A DNA stretch of 64,000 nucleotides from an uncultured bacterium (GTDB lineage: Bacteria > Margulisbacteria > WOR-1 > CAVSGV01), in NCBI GenBank assembly GCA_963768305.1, contig CAVYHE010000003.1, positions 148,238 to 212,237 on the forward strand, written 5' to 3'. Positions 40,659-52,040 of the stretch are shown here, one piece after another. The notes below the pieces were generated by a model, which saw only the letters and a program-made list of their open reading frames with translations, was not told where the DNA came from and did no database searches. The translations under genes and the position numbers were made by a program. Each line of letters starts with the position of its first letter. The first letter of the stretch is position 1.

Positions 40659-42228
40659 ATACCTGATGTCTTCTCCAATGGAGATCATCTTGAAGAGGGA
40701 AATCAGACCTGTTATGGGCGCCGCGGGATTCTTTTCTGTTCAATGCGGCCTGCGTTATCAATAAGGAAGTCGTGACCATGTTCTTAAGTTCCAATTCATC
40801 TTTATTATCCGGGATTTGCTTGATCTTGCTGTTGATCTTCTTTAATCCAATAAGGGCGGACCTCAATTCTTTTCCGTTGCGGATAATGCCGACTTTTTCC
40901 CACATTATGGTTTTTATGTCCTGTTTTAAACGCTTTATCTCGTCAGGCGCCATAACAGGCGGAATTTGTCCTGTCAATTTAGGCTTATAACTTTCTATTA
41001 TCCTGCCGATTTCCGGTGAAATGCTTTGATGCATCGCATTCAGAGCCGCCCTGTAGCCGAATACAAGTCCGTCAAGCAGGGAATTGCTGGCAAGCCTGTT
41101 TGCTCCGTGTATACCCGATGAAGAGACTTCGCCGGCCGCATAAAGGCCCGCGATATTGGTCCTGCCGTCCGTGTCTATCTTTATCCCTCCCATAAAATAA
41201 TGCGCCGCCGGAGTGACGGGGATCCTTTCTTGCGTAATGTCGATCCCGCGTTTAAAACATTCCTCATATATCTTCGGAAATCTTGTTTTGATCTTGTTTA
41301 CGCCGATCGGCGACAGGTTCAAGTACACATGGTCCGAGTCCGGTCGCATTCATTTCTGCGAGTATCGATCTTGATACCACGTCGCGGGGGGCCAATTCTT
41401 TTAACAGGTGGTATTTCGGCATAAACCTTTCGCCCATTGTGTTTTCAAGTATGGCGCCTTCGCCCCTGACCGCTTCGGATATCAAAAATCTTGTTTCCAC
41501 GATATTGCTGATAAAAAGCGTCGTTGGATGGAACTGGACGAATTCCATATCCGTCACTTCAGCGCCTGCGCGGTAAGCCATAGCTATCCCGTCGCCTGTT
41601 GCGAAAGAAGGATTGGTGTTATGCAGATAAACCTGGCCGATGCCTCCGGTCGCAAGCAAAGTGGCTTTAGCAAGAAAGATTATTTTCCTGTGATTTTGGG
41701 TATCGATCACTTCCGCTCCTATGCATCTATTATTCTTGATTATCAGGTCTTTTCCGCAGATGAAATTGCGGACATCAACAAGTTTTTCTTTTAACAATGT
41801 CGCGGCAAGGCCTCTTTCAATTTCGGAGCCAGTGGCGTCGCCCGCGTGAAGTATCCTTCTGTGGCTATGCGCGCCTTCAAGCGCCAGCTCGTACACATCG
41901 CCGATCTTGTCGAATTTCACGCCCATATTATAAGTTCATGGACTCTTTTTACGCCTTCATTGACCAGTATCTTGACCGCGTTCTCGTCGCTTAATCCGAC
42001 CCCGACGTCGAGAGTATCCTGCATGTGGAAGAGGGGAGAATCCTTTTCTTCGTCGATCGCCGCCGCAATGCCGCCCTGGGCATATTCCGTGGCTGTTTCG
42101 CCGGTTTTGCCTTTTGTGAGGAGGATGACCTTGCCGCTGTGGCTTGCTTCTATGGCGGCGGAAAGCCCCGCTATCCCTCCGCCGATTATCAGCAGGTCGC
42201 ATTTAATGACATGTTCTCCGTTGATCAT
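40627..42228 (-). pseudogene. nadB: L-aspartate oxidase NadB, 2 frame changes
   Basis: The fragments are 41917..42228 (CDLLIIGGGIAGLSAA), 41264..41926 (..HSHRRILHAGDATG..FVQFHPT..ISEAVRGEGA..) and 40627..41349 (..PAAHYFMGGI..GLYAAGEV..GANRLASNSLL..). The 3' end overlaps convergent dxs by 32 nt. Confidence 0.88.
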
Positions 42229-42617
42229 AGTATCTTTCTGATATTGTCGGGGATGGAGGTGACTTTGCCGTCTTTTGTGATCGCCACAAGTTTTGAATTC
42301 CCGGTCGCCAGCAGCTCTTTTGTTCCTTCATTTTTGACTTCATACTCAAAAACCACGCTCGCTTTATTGACTTCTTTGATCATCGTTTTGACCATGACCG
42401 TCTCCTCATATTTTGCGGGTTTAATGTACTTTATATATGTATCGGCGACGACCAGGTAAAGGCCCTGTTTTTCCATGTCCGAATAGGGGAAACCGATTGA
42501 TTTCAGGTGTTCGGCGCGTCCCAGCTCGAACCATTCGAGGTACCGCGAATAATAGACGCGTCCCATCTGGTCTGTTTCCGAATACCGGACGACGATTTTC
42601 GTTTCGTGGGTTGTCAT
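42225..42617 (-). CDS. acyl-CoA thioesterase, YbgC/4HBT hot-dog family
   Basis: 130 aa from the ATG at 42617, reading MTTHETKIVVRYSETDQMGRVYYSRYLEWFELGRAEHLKSIG... The upstream part of ORF 42225..42992 is antisense to the ABC ATPase gene and is not coding. Confidence 0.8.
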   Translation of the reverse strand: MTTHETKIVVRYSETDQMGRVYYSRYLEWFELGRAEHLKSIGFPYSDMEKQGLYLVVADTYIKYIKPAKYEETVMVKTMIKEVNKASVVFEYEVKNEGTKELLATGNSKLVAITKDGKVTSIPDNIRKIL

Positions 42618-42684
42618 AAAGGCATTATAACACTTTATTAAACGGGCTTCGAGATTCGATAAATAAATGATATAATTCCCCGAA

Positions 42685-43462
42685 ATGGAAACTGCTATCG
42701 ATGTCAAATGCATTTCCCGGAAATTCGGCAACTTAACTGCGGTTGATTGCGTTTCTTTTGCGGTGAACAAGGGGGAGATATTCGGGTTCCTCGGCCCGAA
42801 CGGCGCCGGAAAAACAACGACGATCAGCATGCTTTGCACGCTCCTTAAGCCGACTTCAGGCACAGCTCTTATCTCGAACCATGATGTGTCCAAAGACCCT
42901 AATCTTGTTCGCAAAGAGATCGGCATAATATTCCAGGACCCGTCGCTGGACGACCGCCTTACAGTCAATGATAATTTACGGTTCCACGGCAATCTTTATC
43001 ATATGAAGAAAGAGACGATCGAACAAAGGATACCCGAAGTTCTTGGATTGGTTGAATTGCTCGACAGGAGGGGCGAAATAGTCAAAAAGTTCTCCGGAGG
43101 AATGAAGAGGCGGCTTGAGATAGCGCGTGGGCTCATGCATCGCCCGAAAATATTGTTCCTGGATGAGCCGACCATCGGCCTGGACCCGCAGACGAGGGCT
43201 GCTATTTGGGATTATATCGTGAAGATGCGCAATGAAACGGGCCTCAGCATTTTTATGACCACGCATTATATGCAGGAAGCCGAAGATCTGCGACCGCGTG
43301 GCCATAATCGACCACGGGAAGATCGTTGATATTGATTCGCCGGCCGCATTGAAAGATAAATACCACGAAAAGACGCTTGAAGATGTTTTTCTGCAATTGA
43401 CCGGCAGGCAGATAAGGCCCCAGTCTAACGATTCAACCGCTCCCATGTGGAGGAGACGATGA
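42685..43462 (+). pseudogene. ABC transporter ATP-binding protein (ABC-2/DrrA type), frame broken once
   Basis: It has Walker A GPNGAGKTTT, signature FSGGMKRRL and Walker B ILFLDEPT. After a +1 shift near 43285 it continues ICDRVAIIDHGKIVDIDSPAALKDKY... to the stop at 43460-43462. Confidence 0.85.
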
Positions 43463-44214
43463 TACTTGAGGATATAGGCGCGATCTTCACCCTCTGGCTG
43501 AGGGACGTTAAAAGATATTGGTATGACAAACCGCGAATAGTCGCTTCTCTGGGACAGCCGCTTTTGTTCCTTTTTGTGCTTGGAAGCGCTCTTTCGCCCA
43601 GTTTTAAAGGAGCCCAGGGCGTTAATTTCACGGAATTCATTTTCCCCGGGATCGTTAGCATGACCATACTTTTTACTTCTGTTTTTTCCGGCATGTCGAT
43701 AGTGTGGGACAGGGAATTCGGCTTTCTTAAGGAAGTGATGGTCGCGCCCGTTTCGCGCTGGTCAATATCCATCGGGAAAGCTTTCGGGGGCGCCAGCGTC
43801 GCTTTTTTTCAGGGGATGATAATGCTGTCACTTTCGCCCCTTGTCGGGGTCAGATTCTCGTTTTTTGTGCTTTTGATAAGCCTTATAGTGATGTTCGCCA
43901 TTGCGTTCGCGATGTCGGCTCTGGGGATAATGATCGGTGCAAGGATAAAAGAAATGGAAGGATTTCAAGTGATAGTCAATTTCCTTATCATGCCAATCTT
44001 TTTCCTTTCCGGCGCGCTCTTTCCCCTTGACAGGCTTCCGCCTTGGCTGACTCTACTGACTCGAATCGATCCCCTTACATACGGAGTTGACCTTCTCCGG
44101 GGGACGATGCTTCACGTCCATACCCTTCCGTTGACCCTGGACCTGACGGTCTTGTGCTTTTTTGCTCTTGTAATGCTGGCTATAGCGGTGATAGAATTCA
44201 ATTTGCTGGATTAA
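43447..44214 (+). CDS. ABC-2 type transporter permease
   Basis: 255 aa with six predicted TM segments. The alternative ATG at 43459 overlaps the ATPase stop (ATGA). Confidence 0.8.
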   Translation: MEETMILEDIGAIFTLWLRDVKRYWYDKPRIVASLGQPLLFLFVLGSALSPSFKGAQGVNFTEFIFPGIVSMTILFTSVFSGMSIVWDREFGFLKEVMVAPVSRWSISIGKAFGGASVAFFQGMIMLSLSPLVGVRFSFFVLLISLIVMFAIAFAMSALGIMIGARIKEMEGFQVIVNFLIMPIFFLSGALFPLDRLPPWLTLLTRIDPLTYGVDLLRGTMLHVHTLPLTLDLTVLCFFALVMLAIAVIEFNLLD

Positions 44215-44237
44215 AAATTCAAACCAGGGAGGTTACT

Positions 44238-45592
44238 ATGAAAGAAAAGAAAATATTGCTCAGTGAAAAGGATATTCCGCAGAAATGGTATAACATTATT
44301 CCCGATCTTCCCAAGCCCCCGGCGCCGCCTCTGCATCCCGGAACTCATCAGCCGATAGGGCCTCAGGACCTGGCGCCGCTGTTCCCGATGGCATTGATCA
44401 AACAGGAAGTTTCCGCGGACCCGTGGATAGAGATACCGGATGAACTTATCGAGATATATAAAATGTGGAGGCCTACGCCGCTGGTGCGGGCTTACAACCT
44501 TGAAAAAGCGCTTAAGACAAAAGCCAGGATATATTATAAAAATGAAAGCGTTTCTCCCGCGGGTTCGCATAAGCCCAACACGGCGGTGGCGCAGGCCTAT
44601 TACAACAAGAAAGAAGGCGTGAAGAGGATAGCGACGGAAACAGGCGCGGGGCAGTGGGGGAGCGCGCTGGCTTTCGCGTGCAATATATTCGGGCTTGAAT
44701 GCCAGGTATATATGGTAAAGGTCAGCTACGAACAAAAGCCGTACAGGAAAATATTGATGCAGACCTGGGGCGCGACAGTGGATCCTTCCCCGACAATGAA
44801 GACCGAAGCGGGAAGGAAGATAAACAAGGAAACGCCGGGATCGTTGGGAAGCCTGGGGATCGCAATATCAGAAGCTGTAGAAGATGCTGTCAAGCGAGAA
44901 GATACAAAATATTCGCTTGGTTCTGTCTTGAACCATGTTCTTATGCATCAGACCATCGTGGGGCTTGGAAGTAAAAGAACAGCTTAAGATCGCCGGCGAA
45001 AAAGGCCCTGACGTGATGGTCGGATGCGTGGGCGGCGGGAGCAATTTCTCGGGTTTCTGCTTTCCCGTTCATAAAAGATAAGATAAAAGGCGGAAAGAAC
45101 ATAAAATTCGTCGCCGTGGAGCCCATGGCCTGCCCGACGATGACAAAAGGCCCTTACAGCTATGATTTCGGCGATACAGCCGGAATGACCCCGCTGGTGC
45201 TGATGCATACGCTCGGACATACTTTTGTCCCTTCAGGCATCCATGCGGGAGGGCTCAGGTATCACGGCAATGCACCGCTTTTAAGCTTGCTTGTCGACCA
45301 GAAGATAGTCGAACCAAGGGCATATCATCAGACGGAATGTTTTGAAGCAGGGATGCTTTTCGCAAAGACAGAAGGGATACTGCCGGCGCCTGAAACAACC
45401 CATGCTATTAAAGGAGCCATAGACGAAGCTATTGCGGCCACGGAGGAAAAAGTGATCGTATTCAATTTCAGCGGACACGGGCATTTTGACCTTGCCGCAT
45501 ATGATGCTTATCTTTCCGGGAAAATAAAGGATTTCGCGTATCCCGCAGATGAGATAAAAGAAGCGTTAAAGCATATTCCGCAGGTTAAATAG
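44238..45592 (+). pseudogene. trpB: tryptophan synthase beta chain-like protein (TrpB2 type), 2 frame changes
   Basis: From the ATG at 44238 it reads [25 protein letters not shown]...[15 protein letters not shown].. After +1 shifts near 44965 and 45060 it continues ..[28 protein letters not shown].. and ..[25 protein letters not shown]... Confidence 0.85.
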
Positions 45593-45602
45593 GGAGGATA
45601 AA

Positions 45603-46181
45603 ATGAAAAGTTTAAAAGGCACACGAGACGGAAAAGAATCTTCTGACAGCGTTTGCAGGGGAATCGCAGGCGAGGAACAGGTATACGTATTTTGCTTCCG
45701 CGGCAAAAAAAGCAGGATTTGAGCAGATATCGGCCATATTCCTGGAAACGGCGGAAAATGAAAAGGAGCACGCGAAGAGGTTCTTTAACGCTTTGGAGGG
45801 CGGCGATGTGGAAATAACTGCCGCGTATCCGGCCGGGAGTTGTCGGAGATACTGCCTGCAATCTTGAGGCGGCCGCTGCCGGGGAGCATCATGAATGGAC
45901 GGAGCTTTATAAGGATTTTGAGAGAGTCTGCCGCTGACGAGGGCTTTTCGGAAATTGCCAGGCTGTTCAAGGAGATATCCGAAGTTGAGGAACAGCATGA
46001 AAACAGATACAGGAAACTTTTAAAGAACGTTAAAGAAGGAAAGGTTTTCAAGCGCGATACAGTTGTTAAATGGCACTGCAGGAATTGCGGTTATGTCCAC
46101 GAAGGGAAAGAAGCTCCGAATAAATGCCCCGCCTGCGCCCATCCTCAGGCATATTACGAGGTCTTGGCGGAGAACTACTGA
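45603..46181 (+). pseudogene. rbr: rubrerythrin, 3 frame changes
   Basis: It starts MKSLKGT and continues TEKNLLTAFAGESQARNRYTYFASAAKKAGFEQISAIFLETAENEKEHAKRF.., ..VGDTACNLEAAAAGEHHEW.., then the C-terminal rubredoxin-like sequence WHCRNCGYVHEGKEAPNKCPACAHP. All three shifts are +1, near 45625, 45838 and 45930. Confidence 0.88.
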
Positions 46182-46192
46182 TCTAATTGTGT

Positions 46193-46275
46193 TGCCCGGG
46201 AGAGGACTCGAACCTCCATGCTGTTTAGGCATACGCACCTGAAGCGTACGTGTCTACCAATTCCACCACCCGGGC
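46193..46275 (-). tRNA. tRNA-Leu (anticodon CAG)
   Basis: The reverse complement is GCCCGGGTGGTGGAATTGGTAGACACGTACGCTTCAGGTGCGTATGCCTAAACAGCATGGAGGTTCGAGTCCTCTCCCGGGCA. The acceptor stem pairs perfectly and the anticodon loop is TTCAGGT. Confidence 0.9.
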
Positions 46276-46292
46276 TCGATGATGTCTATAAT

Positions 46293-46378
46293 TGCCGCTG
46301 GTCGGAGTCGAACCGCCATGAGGGGTTAACCTCGCACGATTTTGAGTCGTGTGCGTCTGCCAATTCCGCCACTTCGGC
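46293..46378 (-). tRNA. tRNA-Leu (anticodon CAA), with imperfect acceptor and T stems
   Basis: The reverse complement is GCCGAAGTGGCGGAATTGGCAGACGCACACGACTCAAAATCGTGCGAGGTTAACCCCTCATGGCGGTTCGACTCCGACCAGCGGCA. The D arm, the anticodon arm (CACGA/TCGTG, loop CTCAAAA) and the variable arm are good. The acceptor GCCGAAG/CAGCGGC has two adjacent mismatches, and the T stem GGCGG/CCGAC has one. Confidence 0.7.
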
Positions 46379-46515
46379 ATTCAAATAATCTCTAAACTTA
46401 ATACTGCCAGCCTGCCGCCGGCGTGCATCGCGGGGTTCCGCCACAGCGGCAAGAAACTACAACGGGCTTAATCTCTTCGAATATTCCCAATGACCTGAAC
46501 TTTTTGTATCGCGAT

Positions 46516-47438
46516 TCAACCAGTTCTGCCTTTGAGAGCTTGGTTCAATTCGGAAAGATTGCGCAGGAGCGACGCTTTTATGTTCTTCGCTGTCGCTTCG
46601 ACATTATTATGGGCTCCGCCGACAGGCTCCTTTATTATCTCGTCTATTACTTTCAGTTCGATAAGGTCTTTTGCGGTTATCTTTCAATGATTCGGCGGCT
46701 ATCTTCGCCTTGGAAGCGTCCCTGTACAGTATGGATGCGCATCCTTCCGGCGAGATGACCGAGTAAATTGAATATTCAAGCATAAGCACCTTATTTCCCA
46801 CGCCTATGCCAAGCGCTCCGCCGCTTCCGCCTTCTCCGGTAATAACTACAATAATAGGGACCTGAAATCCTGCCATTTCCCTAAGATTTCTTGCTATGGC
46901 TTCGGCAACGGACCTTTCTTCTCCGGCGATCCCCGGATAAGCTCCTGCAGTATCGATGAAAGTGATGATCGGCTTTTCAAAATTATCTGCCATCTGCATA
47001 AGCCGGAGCGCTTTCCTGTATCCTTCTGGGTTTGCCATTCCCCAGCGCCTGTAAATGTTCTCTTTTGTCGAACTGCCTTTCTGATGGCCTATTATAACAA
47101 CGGATTGCCCGTCAAGTTTTGCTATGCCTCCGATCATCGCGGGGTCGTCGGCAAAGTATCTGTCGCCGTGAAGCTCCTGAAAATCAGTGAAAATATATTT
47201 AACAAGGTCAAGTGTGGAAGGCCTCAGGACATGCCTTGCGATAGATACTATCTGCATCGGGATCAAGATTCGCGAAGATCTCTTTCCTTCGCATCTCTAT
47301 CCTTTTCTGCAGGGCTTCGATCTCAGTTTGAAGGTCGATCTTACCGTGCTTGGAAAGCCGTGTCAGCTCATCCACTTTCTTGAAAAGCTCGGTCAGCGGT
47401 TTTTCGAAATCCAGCAATCCTTTTGGCGTGTTCGGCAT
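46516..47438 (-). pseudogene. accA: acetyl-CoA carboxylase carboxyltransferase alpha subunit, 2 frame changes
   Basis: The fragments are 47208..47438 (MPNTPKGLLDFEKPLTELFKKVDEL..) and 46607..47266 (..[22 protein letters not shown]...[12 protein letters not shown]..). A third frame reads [26 protein letters not shown]... to the stop at 46516-46518. Confidence 0.88.
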
Positions 47439-47441
47439 TAT

Positions 47442-48290
47442 TCACTCCATGAAGAACTTTAAGGTCTTTGTAAGAGTGTCCTTAAGGTCCTTCCTTTCTA
47501 CTATCATGTCAATGAAGCCGTGTTCTAGGAGGAATTCGGCCCTCTGGAAATCCGGCGGAAGTTTTTGTTTAATTGTTTGCTCGATAACTCTTGGTCCGGC
47601 AAAACCGACAAGTGCTCCCGGTTCGGAAATGATGATATCCCCAAGCATCGCGTAGCTTGCCGAAACCCCCGCCATTGTCGGGTCCGTGCAGACGGAAATG
47701 AAAGGCAGTCTGGCTTGTTTCAGTTTATACAGCGCGGCGGATGTTTTCGCCATCTGCATGAGGCTCATTATGGCTTCCTGCATCCTGGCGCCGCCGGAAG
47801 CGTTGAATATCACTACCGGCATCTTGTTTTCAATGGAGGTTTCTATAAGGCGGGTCACTTTTTCTCCCACAACGGAGCCAAGGCTCCCGCCAATGAAGCT
47901 GAAATCCATTATTCCCAGACCAGTTTTCATTCCGCCTATCTTTGCTTCACCGGTGATTATCGCTTCATTAAGGCCGGATTTCTTTTTGGCTTCTTCAAGG
48001 CGCTTGGAATAGGGCATGGCATCGGTGAATTTCAGGAAATCTTTTGAGACGACCAGGTTGAATTGCTCGGTGAAAGAGCCCTCGTCGGCGGTTATCTTTA
48101 ACCTTTCGGAGCAGGTCAGCTTAAAGTGAAAGCCGCATTTCGGGCAAACCCTGAGATTGGCTTCCAGATCGTGGCTGTATATGGTGGCTTTGCACTTGTA
48201 GCATTTGACCCATAAATTACCCGGGCAGATCCAGCTTTTCTGTTTTCGCCTCGATCTCTTTTTGCTCTTTTTTCTTCTGGAACCATTCAT
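47442..48290 (-). CDS. accD: acetyl-CoA carboxylase carboxyltransferase beta subunit
   Basis: 282 aa with a zinc ribbon CYKCKATIYSHDLEANLRVCPKCGFH and a carboxyltransferase domain. The N-terminal tail is very basic (MNGSRRKKSKKRSRRKQKS). Confidence 0.9.
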   Translation of the reverse strand: MNGSRRKKSKKRSRRKQKSWICPGNLWVKCYKCKATIYSHDLEANLRVCPKCGFHFKLTCSERLKITADEGSFTEQFNLVVSKDFLKFTDAMPYSKRLEEAKKKSGLNEAIITGEAKIGGMKTGLGIMDFSFIGGSLGSVVGEKVTRLIETSIENKMPVVIFNASGGARMQEAIMSLMQMAKTSAALYKLKQARLPFISVCTDPTMAGVSASYAMLGDIIISEPGALVGFAGPRVIEQTIKQKLPPDFQRAEFLLEHGFIDMIVERKDLKDTLTKTLKFFME

Positions 48291-48376
48291 TAATTGATTT
48301 CATAAAAAACGTATGTTATTATACATCAGATTTCGATGATATAGAATTGATAATTTTGAATGGAAAGAGGTAATCA

Positions 48377-48643
48377 ATGGCGAACATCAAGGCTGCGATC
48401 AAATATATAAGGAAATCAAGGAAAAACAGGGCAAGGAATGTTGCCGTTAAAGGCAATTTAAAGAAACTTCTCAAAAGCGCGTTAAAACTCATCGCGTCCA
48501 AGGAAAAGGGCGCTGCGAATGCCGCGAAAGCTTTCATCAGCGCGGTAGACAAGGCCTCTGAGAACGGGATAATCCACAAAAATGCGGCCGCGAGGAAAAA
48601 ATCAAGGATAATGGCCAAGTTGAATGCCATCCTCAAAAAATGA
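48377..48643 (+). CDS. rpsT: 30S ribosomal protein S20
   Basis: 88 aa reading [21 protein letters not shown]..., basic and helical. Confidence 0.9.
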   Translation: MANIKAAIKYIRKSRKNRARNVAVKGNLKKLLKSALKLIASKEKGAANAAKAFISAVDKASENGIIHKNAAARKKSRIMAKLNAILKK

Positions 48644-49438
48644 TCAAATAAGGCTTCGGGCGTTCGCGAAGATAAATCTCTCCCTTAAGATCCTCGGAAA
48701 ACGCGATGACGGCTATCACGATATTGATTCCGTCATGCAGTCAATATCGCTCCACGATGAGATAATCATCAAACTATCTGATGCCGGCATTCATTATCAA
48801 TTGTTCAGCGCCCGGCATAAAGAATAATATCGCTCAAAAGGCCGCCGAGTTGCTTTTAAAGGAAATGAAGATAAAAAACGGGGTCCATATTTCGATCAAA
48901 AAAAACATTCCTTTATCAGCAGGGCTGGGTGGCGGGTCTGCTGATGCGGCTGCCGTTTTGATAGGATTGAATGCTCTTTTTAATTTGAATATACATAAGG
49001 ACAAACTGATCGAGCTTGGAGCAAAACTCGGTGCGGATGTGCCTTTTTGCTTGGTCGGCGGGACCGCCCGGTGCCTTGGCGTGGGCGACAAAATTGAGAA
49101 GATAAATCCAAAGACCGGTTCGGCATTTTTGCTTGTAGTGCCGAATATCGAGGTTTCGACACAGGGACGTTTACAAGAGATATGATGAAGTTGGTGCCGG
49201 ACATTCGGATAATGAGCTTGAAAGATCGGCCGTTGACCTGTTCCCGAAGATCAAGGAGATCAGGGAAACACTGGACAGGGTAACCCGGAAAGGATGGAAA
49301 ATGTCCGGTTCCGGACCGGCTTTATATCTTGAACTCATGGACATGTCAGAATCCGAAAAATACCTGCCTTTGATAAGCAAGCTTGATTGCGTTGATCATT
49401 TGGTGAAAAGGATGGATGCCGGCGTAGAACTGTTTTAA
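48624..49438 (+). pseudogene. ispE: 4-diphosphocytidyl-2-C-methyl-D-erythritol kinase IspE, 2 frame changes
   Basis: ORF 48624..48827 reads ..[34 protein letters not shown]... ORF 48781..49185 reads ..KKNIPLSAGLGGGSADAAAVL... A third frame reads ..DVYKRYDEVG...KGWKMSGSGPALYLEL.. to the stop at 49436-49438. Both shifts are +1. Confidence 0.85.
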
Positions 49439-49439
49439 C

Positions 49440-49469
49440 TTGACAATAAAGTTATCAAACTACTACAAT
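49440..49469 (+). promoter_or_regulatory. sigma-70-type promoter of the efflux operon
   Basis: TTGACA (49440-49445), an 18-nt spacer, then TACAAT (49464-49469). It is followed by direct repeats TCATACT-AA-TCATACT in the 5' UTR. Confidence 0.5.
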
Positions 49470-49533
49470 ATCATACTAATCATACTTTTCATATTTTGAT
49501 TCTCTGGTGGATTATTAAAGGGGGAAATGATCG

Positions 49534-50900
49534 ATGAAAAAATATGTCTTATTATTATCTGTGATCTTGATTGCGTTCAATGTGAATGGGGCATTTGCTG
49601 ATCCGACCGCTGAAGCTGTTAAGACGTTATCACTGAAAGACAGCATTTCCTTCGCAATGGAAAAAAGCCCTGCCATTATCGCCGCCAAAGAAAATGCGAA
49701 AGCCGCAGATGCGAGAGTGGGGCAGGCTTTCGGCGCCGTTCTTCCGAACCTTTCATTGACCGGCACTTATGGGAATGCGGCCTCTCAGCCTACCACATTC
49801 GTTATTCCTGCCGGGCTGTTCGGCTCTTCTGAATCGACAATGGATGTGGGTACAACGGAAACTTATGTGCAAAGCGGCTATGATCTCACTCTTTCTCAGC
49901 CGCTATATACCGGGGGAAAACTTTCCGGCGCTTTGGATATTGCAAAACTATATCTGAATATTTCGAACGAAAACCTCAGAAAAGCGGAGATCGATCTTAA
50001 GTATAATGTAATAAATGCTTATTACGGGGTATTGAGGGCGAAAAAATTACATGATCTTGCGCAGGATTCCCTGGATATGGCCAATTCGCACAGAGATCAG
50101 GTCAAAGCAATGTATTCTGCCGGAACTGCCACAAAAGCTGATATTCTCCGTACGGAAGTTCAGGTCGCGGATACGGAGCTCGCGCTTAAAAAAGCTGCCA
50201 ATGCGCTTGCTCTGTGCAAAGGATGCTTTCAATAATGTTCTTGGATGGGACCTGGAATCTCCCGTTGAATTAAGCGTTAAGGATTTTGTCCTGGAATCCG
50301 TACAGCCCACTCCTTACAAGGAATGCGTGGCAATGGCATTTGATTCAAAACCCGATTGGAATATCTTCCAGTTGAATAAAAAGATAAGCGACAGGACAGT
50401 GGGGCTTATGAACGCGAATTATTTCCCGTCTCTTGCGCTTGTCGGCACTTACGGCAACAGGAAAATGACGTATCCGGAATATCCCGGCAACACCGATATT
50501 ACTTCCTGGTCTATTTCCGCCAACGGTTCATGGACTTTGTTCGACGGATTTTCCACGGGCGCAAAGGTAAAGGAAGCCGAATCGAACCTGAACGCAATAA
50601 AAGCGAACGAGGAATCCACCCGGAACGGCGATAATCCTGGAGGTGAAAGACGCCTGCCTGAACCTGGGCAGCGCCATCGATGAGATAGGGAGCGCAAAAA
50701 AAGCCGTGGACCTCGCAGACGAGAACTACAAGATCTCCCAGGAAAAATACAGGAGCGGCATCGGGTCGAACCTGGAAATGATAGACGCGCAGACGGCTCT
50801 TGTTCAGGCGAGGACAGATCTTTATCAGGCGCAATTCGATTATCAGACAAATAAGGCAAAAGTGAATCAAGTTATCGGGAAAGATATCTATTCATTTTAA
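49534..50900 (+). pseudogene. TolC-family outer membrane efflux protein, 2 frame changes
   Basis: The signal peptide is MKKYVLLLSVILIAFNVNGAFA. Homology runs through 49534..50235, the frame of ORF 50051..50683 (from about 50215) and 50643..50900 (..YRSGIGSNLEMIDAQTALVQARTDLYQAQFDY..). Both shifts are +1. Confidence 0.85.
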
Positions 50901-50914
50901 CGGGAGGTGTTCCA

Positions 50915-51163
50915 TTGATCAGGGATTTTGAGCTGAATTTTTATGATATGGTAACAGTGGGTGAAAGAGGCCAGGTAGTTATTCCGTCCTCGGCCCGCGG
51001 CGCGCTGGGCATAAAGCCGGGTGATAAGCTTATGGTCATGAAAGGGTTGATAGGGAGCTCGCTTGTGTTCATGAAAATGAAATCAATGAACGCTCTGCTC
51101 GAAAAAGCGATGAAAGCGACGGGTAAAATAAAGGTCGATTCGGGAAAAAGGAGAACTATATGA
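50915..51163 (+). CDS. AbrB/MazE/SpoVT-family DNA-binding protein
   Basis: 82 aa with the swapped-hairpin motif VTVGERGQVVIPSSARGALGIKPGDKLMV. GGGAGGTG lies 5 nt upstream of the TTG start, and the stop overlaps the next gene (ATGA). Confidence 0.7.
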   Translation: MIRDFELNFYDMVTVGERGQVVIPSSARGALGIKPGDKLMVMKGLIGSSLVFMKMKSMNALLEKAMKATGKIKVDSGKRRTI

Positions 51164-52035
51164 ACATAATAGCTCTTTTGGACCGCATCAGGAATATGGG
51201 GAGGAAGGGAATAAGGAACCTTGTGATCATCATCGTGCTGGTCATTGCTGTCTTATATTCCGGTTACTGGGCTTTTAATGAATATATCAACAGGGACAAA
51301 ATAACCGCATCAGGGACTATCGAAGCGGTGGAGACCACCGTTTCCACAAAAGTACCCGGAAGGATAGTGTCTTTTTCCGTTGATGAGGGCGATACCGTGA
51401 AAAGCGGCTCTATAATCGCTTCGCTGGAATCATCGGAGCTTTACGCGGATTTCAAGCAAACCGTCGCCATCGAGAAATCGGCGCAGATCAAATATGACAA
51501 TGCAATGAGGAATTACATCAGGAGTAAGTCATTGAAAAAGAGGAACATGATCAGCGATCAGGATTTTGACAGTGTTACAAGTATTTATGAGGCTGCAGAG
51601 GCCGAATTGAACAGATCATCAGCCTCAAGGGCGGTTGCAGAGATCGCTTATAATGACTCCACGATACAAGCTCCCATTTCCGGCACAATATTGACCAAAG
51701 CCGTAGAAATTGGAGACCTTCTTTCTCCTTTTTCCACTGTGGTGACAATGGCGGATCTTTCAACGCTCGAAATGATGCTGTATGTTCCGGAAACAAGATA
51801 CGGAAGGATCAAGCTTGGTGATAGTGTCGGCATATTTGTTGATTCGTATCCCGGGACGGAATTCACGGGCAAGGTGACATATATTTCCGACAAGGCGGAA
51901 TTCACCCCGAAAAACATTCAAACAAAAGAGGAGCGGGTGACCCAGGTTTTCGGCATAAAAATAGAGATACCCAATCCGAAAATGGAGCTTAAACCCGGCA
52001 TGCCTGCCGACGCGGTCATATACTTGTCAAAGTAA
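51160..52035 (+). CDS. HlyD-family membrane fusion protein (YbhG-like)
   Basis: 291 aa with an N-terminal TM helix, a lipoyl-like hairpin TVSTKVPGRIVSFSVDEGDTVKSGSIIASLE and a coiled-coil middle region. Confidence 0.85.
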   Translation: MNIIALLDRIRNMGRKGIRNLVIIIVLVIAVLYSGYWAFNEYINRDKITASGTIEAVETTVSTKVPGRIVSFSVDEGDTVKSGSIIASLESSELYADFKQTVAIEKSAQIKYDNAMRNYIRSKSLKKRNMISDQDFDSVTSIYEAAEAELNRSSASRAVAEIAYNDSTIQAPISGTILTKAVEIGDLLSPFSTVVTMADLSTLEMMLYVPETRYGRIKLGDSVGIFVDSYPGTEFTGKVTYISDKAEFTPKNIQTKEERVTQVFGIKIEIPNPKMELKPGMPADAVIYLSK

Positions 52036-52040
52036 ATTCC

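Noticed and set aside
42618-42992. N-terminal 125 codons of ORF 42225..42992
   Set aside because: This part is antisense to the ABC ATPase gene (42685 onward). The thioesterase homology begins exactly at the ATG at 42617.
46423-46758. 111-aa plus-strand ORF between the tRNA-Leu genes and accA
   Set aside because: Its 3' two thirds are antisense to the frame-shifted C-terminus of accA ([26 protein letters not shown]...). The rest is the tRNA promoter region.
50915-51163. The AbrB/MazE-fold gene as the antitoxin of a toxin-antitoxin pair
   Set aside because: No toxin-like partner is adjacent. The gene is translationally coupled to an HlyD adaptor inside an efflux operon, so a regulator role is more plausible.
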